DNA of 64,000 nt from assembly GCA_013115125.1 (NCBI GenBank), contig JABANN010000124.1, positions 1 to 64,000 of the forward strand, given 5' to 3'. Below the pieces are notes generated by a model, which saw only the letters and a program-made list of their open reading frames with translations, was not told the origin of the DNA and made no database searches. The stretch comes from Perkinsus olseni. Lineage: Eukaryota. Shown here in pieces: positions 61,866 through 64,000 of the stretch (positions are counted from its first letter, which is position 1; the number at the start of each line of letters is the position of its first letter). Position numbers and translations under genes: made by a program.

Positions 61866-64000
61866 ATGTCTGTATCTACTACGGTTTCCGTGCCCATAAC
61901 GTTTCACCCCAAGACCTCGGAGCTGCTTAGCCAGCACTGCGTCGTCGACAACGCCCTCAGTAGCGCCGCAGGTGCTGGTGCTGCCGCTGCCGAGAAGGCT
62001 CTCCTCGAGGTGGTCAACCTTTGCCAGGAATACTCCCACTCCTTTGAGCCTATCGGTTTTGCCCTCTTGCCTCAAGTTTTCCTCCTTCACGCCCACAAGA
62101 AGTCTCCTGTGGTGAAGGCGGCCAAGGCAGCTGCCGACGCCATCATCGGCCTCGTCACTGAGGAACGATCGGCTGTCGCAGTCGCCCTCGTTAAGGATGT
62201 TGTTGTTGATGCCATCAAGTCTGAGAAGTATCAGGCTCAGCAGGCTGCCCTCATCGCCCTTACTAAAATCGTCAAGGTCTGCGGTGTTGCCTTGTCCATG
62301 TATTTGGATGAGATTTTGCCCGTGGTTTGCACTGTCATCCATCACATCAAGGCCCCTGTCAAGCAGGCTGCTCGCGAGTGTCTCGAGGCTCTCTGCCTTA
62401 CCAACGGTAACCGCGATATCCAGCCCTTCGTCCCTACTCTAGTCTCGGCTCTTATCAACGCCAATGAGCTCTCGGAGGCCATCCACTCTCTGGGTGCTAC
62501 TACTTTCGTTCAACAAGTCGAGTTGCCCCCTCTGGCTGTGATCGAGCCTCTGCTTGTCCGTGCCCTCAAGGACACCTCGACCAAGACTGATATCAAGCGT
62601 AAGGTCTTCGTTATCGTTGACAACATGTGCAAGCTGATTGATGATCCCTCTCACTGCCGTCCCTTCGAAGGCGACATGCTCGAGCTCCTCGACAGGGCCC
62701 GTGAGGAGGTCTCCGATCCCGAGGCTCGTGATGTCGCTACTCGTGCCTATCGTACCCTCAAGAGGTTGTCTGAGACTGCTGCCGACAACGCCCAGAAGGC
62801 TGTCACTCTGGATGAGGACACTGTTGCCGCCACCGCCCGTGGTGTTTTGGCCAGGACCGCTCCTGCTCTCCTCGAGGACGTCTCTTACTGCTGCTTTAAG
62901 CCCTTCTGCACCGTTGCTCAGCATCTGGCCAAGGCCAACATGTGGACTGATGAGCAGTGGGCCGCTTGTCTCAACGACTATTTGTCTCTTTTCACTGAGG
63001 ATTCCGAGGCCGGAGTCCTCGATGTGAGGGATGCTCTCAAGGAGCGTCGTGAGGAAGAGGCTTCTAAGAAGAACAAGGCCCCCGTTGAGGACGAGGAAGA
63101 GGAGGGTGAGGATCTGTGTAACTGCGAGTTCTCTCTCGCCTACGGTGCCATGACTCTTCTGGTCAACACCCGTCTCCACTTGAAACGTGGTCATCGCTAC
63201 GGTATTGTTGGCCCCAACGGTGTCGGTAAGTCCACTCTGCTCAAGGCCATCGGCAACAACCAGGTCGAAGGCTTCCCTCCGCCGGAGGAGCTCAGGACTG
63301 TCTATCTCGCTCATGATATTGATGGTGAGATGGGAGAAATCTCCGTCCTTGAGTTCCTTATGAGCTCCGAGGCTGTGCAAGAGGTCGGCAACGGTGACCG
63401 CGAGACTTGTGTTGCCAAGTTGGACGAGCTAGACTTCACTAAGGAGCTCCAGAGGAAGAAGGTTTCCGAGCTCTCTGGTGGCTGGAAGATGAAGCTGTCC
63501 TTGGCTGAGGCTATGCTTCGTAAGGCTGATATTCTTATGCTTGATGAGCCTACTAACCATCTTGATGTTGGCAATGTTGCCTGGCTCGAGAATTACCTCA
63601 ACGGTCTGGACAACGTCACCTGCATGATCGTTTCCCATGACAGCGGTTTCCTCGACAACGTCGCTACCAACATCATCCACTACGAGAACAGGAAGTTGGT
63701 CACCTACAAGGGTAACCTTTCCGAGTTCATCAAGTGCAAGCCTGAGGCTAAGTCCTACTACGACCTCGGTGAGGTTGTTGATGAGTGGACCCTCCCCAAC
63801 CCTGGATTCCTTGATGGTGTCAAGACCAAGGGTAAGGCTATCGTGAAGATGACCAACGTCTCCTTCCAGTACCCTGGTTCTGAGAAGAAGCAGATCGATA
63901 ATATCACTCTCGGTGTCTCTCTTGGTTCAAGGGTTGCTGTCGTCGGTCCCAATGGTGCCGGAAAGTCTACTTGCATCAAGCTCCTTACTGGTGAGCTGAA
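61866..64000 (+). CDS. EF3: Translation elongation factor 3 (eEF3, HEAT plus ABC-F), 3'-truncated by the window
   Basis: Continuous frame: LGATTFVQQVE, IKRKVFVIVDNMCKL, EEEGEDLCNCEFSLAYG, GPNGVGKST, LSGGWKMK, LMLDEPTNHLD, second Walker A GPNGAGKST. Absent from the ORF track because it has no stop in the window. Confidence 0.95.
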   Translation, partial: MSVSTTVSVPITFHPKTSELLSQHCVVDNALSSAAGAGAAAAEKALLEVVNLCQEYSHSFEPIGFALLPQVFLLHAHKKSPVVKAAKAAADAIIGLVTEERSAVAVALVKDVVVDAIKSEKYQAQQAALIALTKIVKVCGVALSMYLDEILPVVCTVIHHIKAPVKQAARECLEALCLTNGNRDIQPFVPTLVSALINANELSEAIHSLGATTFVQQVELPPLAVIEPLLVRALKDTSTKTDIKRKVFVIVDNMCKLIDDPSHCRPFEGDMLELLDRAREEVSDPEARDVATRAYRTLKRLSETAADNAQKAVTLDEDTVAATARGVLARTAPALLEDVSYCCFKPFCTVAQHLAKANMWTDEQWAACLNDYLSLFTEDSEAGVLDVRDALKERREEEASKKNKAPVEDEEEEGEDLCNCEFSLAYGAMTLLVNTRLHLKRGHRYGIVGPNGVGKSTLLKAIGNNQVEGFPPPEELRTVYLAHDIDGEMGEISVLEFLMSSEAVQEVGNGDRETCVAKLDELDFTKELQRKKVSELSGGWKMKLSLAEAMLRKADILMLDEPTNHLDVGNVAWLENYLNGLDNVTCMIVSHDSGFLDNVATNIIHYENRKLVTYKGNLSEFIKCKPEAKSYYDLGEVVDEWTLPNPGFLDGVKTKGKAIVKMTNVSFQYPGSEKKQIDNITLGVSLGSRVAVVGPNGAGKSTCIKLLTGEL

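Noticed and set aside
61746-63979. Long minus-strand ORFs (199 aa, 313 aa and others)
   Set aside because: Antisense shadows of the codon-biased eEF3 CDS. The same applies to minus-strand ORFs inside the dynein gene.

Overview
Gene-dense eukaryotic DNA with many short (~40-60 nt) GT-AG introns. Intron style and gene content (axonemal dynein, eEF3) fit a flagellated alveolate parasite, most like Perkinsus (inference). Recognisable genes: base-exchange phosphatidylserine synthase, steroid 5-alpha-reductase-like, a TSNAXIP1_N-like protein, a coiled-coil protein ending in an AP-2 alpha ear-like domain, PRA1, a complete DNAH1-type dynein heavy chain, and the 5' part of an uninterrupted eEF3 ORF. 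The main observation is a ~29 kb minus-strand array (7.5-36.4 kb) of about 7 paralogous genes that I cannot assign to a known family. Most have signal peptides, and all are built from one exon-bordered ~100-130 aa domain. An ordered D1-D2-D3-D4 cassette of this domain occurs five times. One gene appears to carry the cassette twice. Another ends in a ~400 aa disordered tail rich in animal-type SH2/SH3/14-3-3 docking motifs (YxxM x3, GIYAEI, YADP, PPPLPPR x2), which makes the array a candidate host-mimicry effector locus. All exon structures were reconstructed by eye, so some gene ends are approximate.
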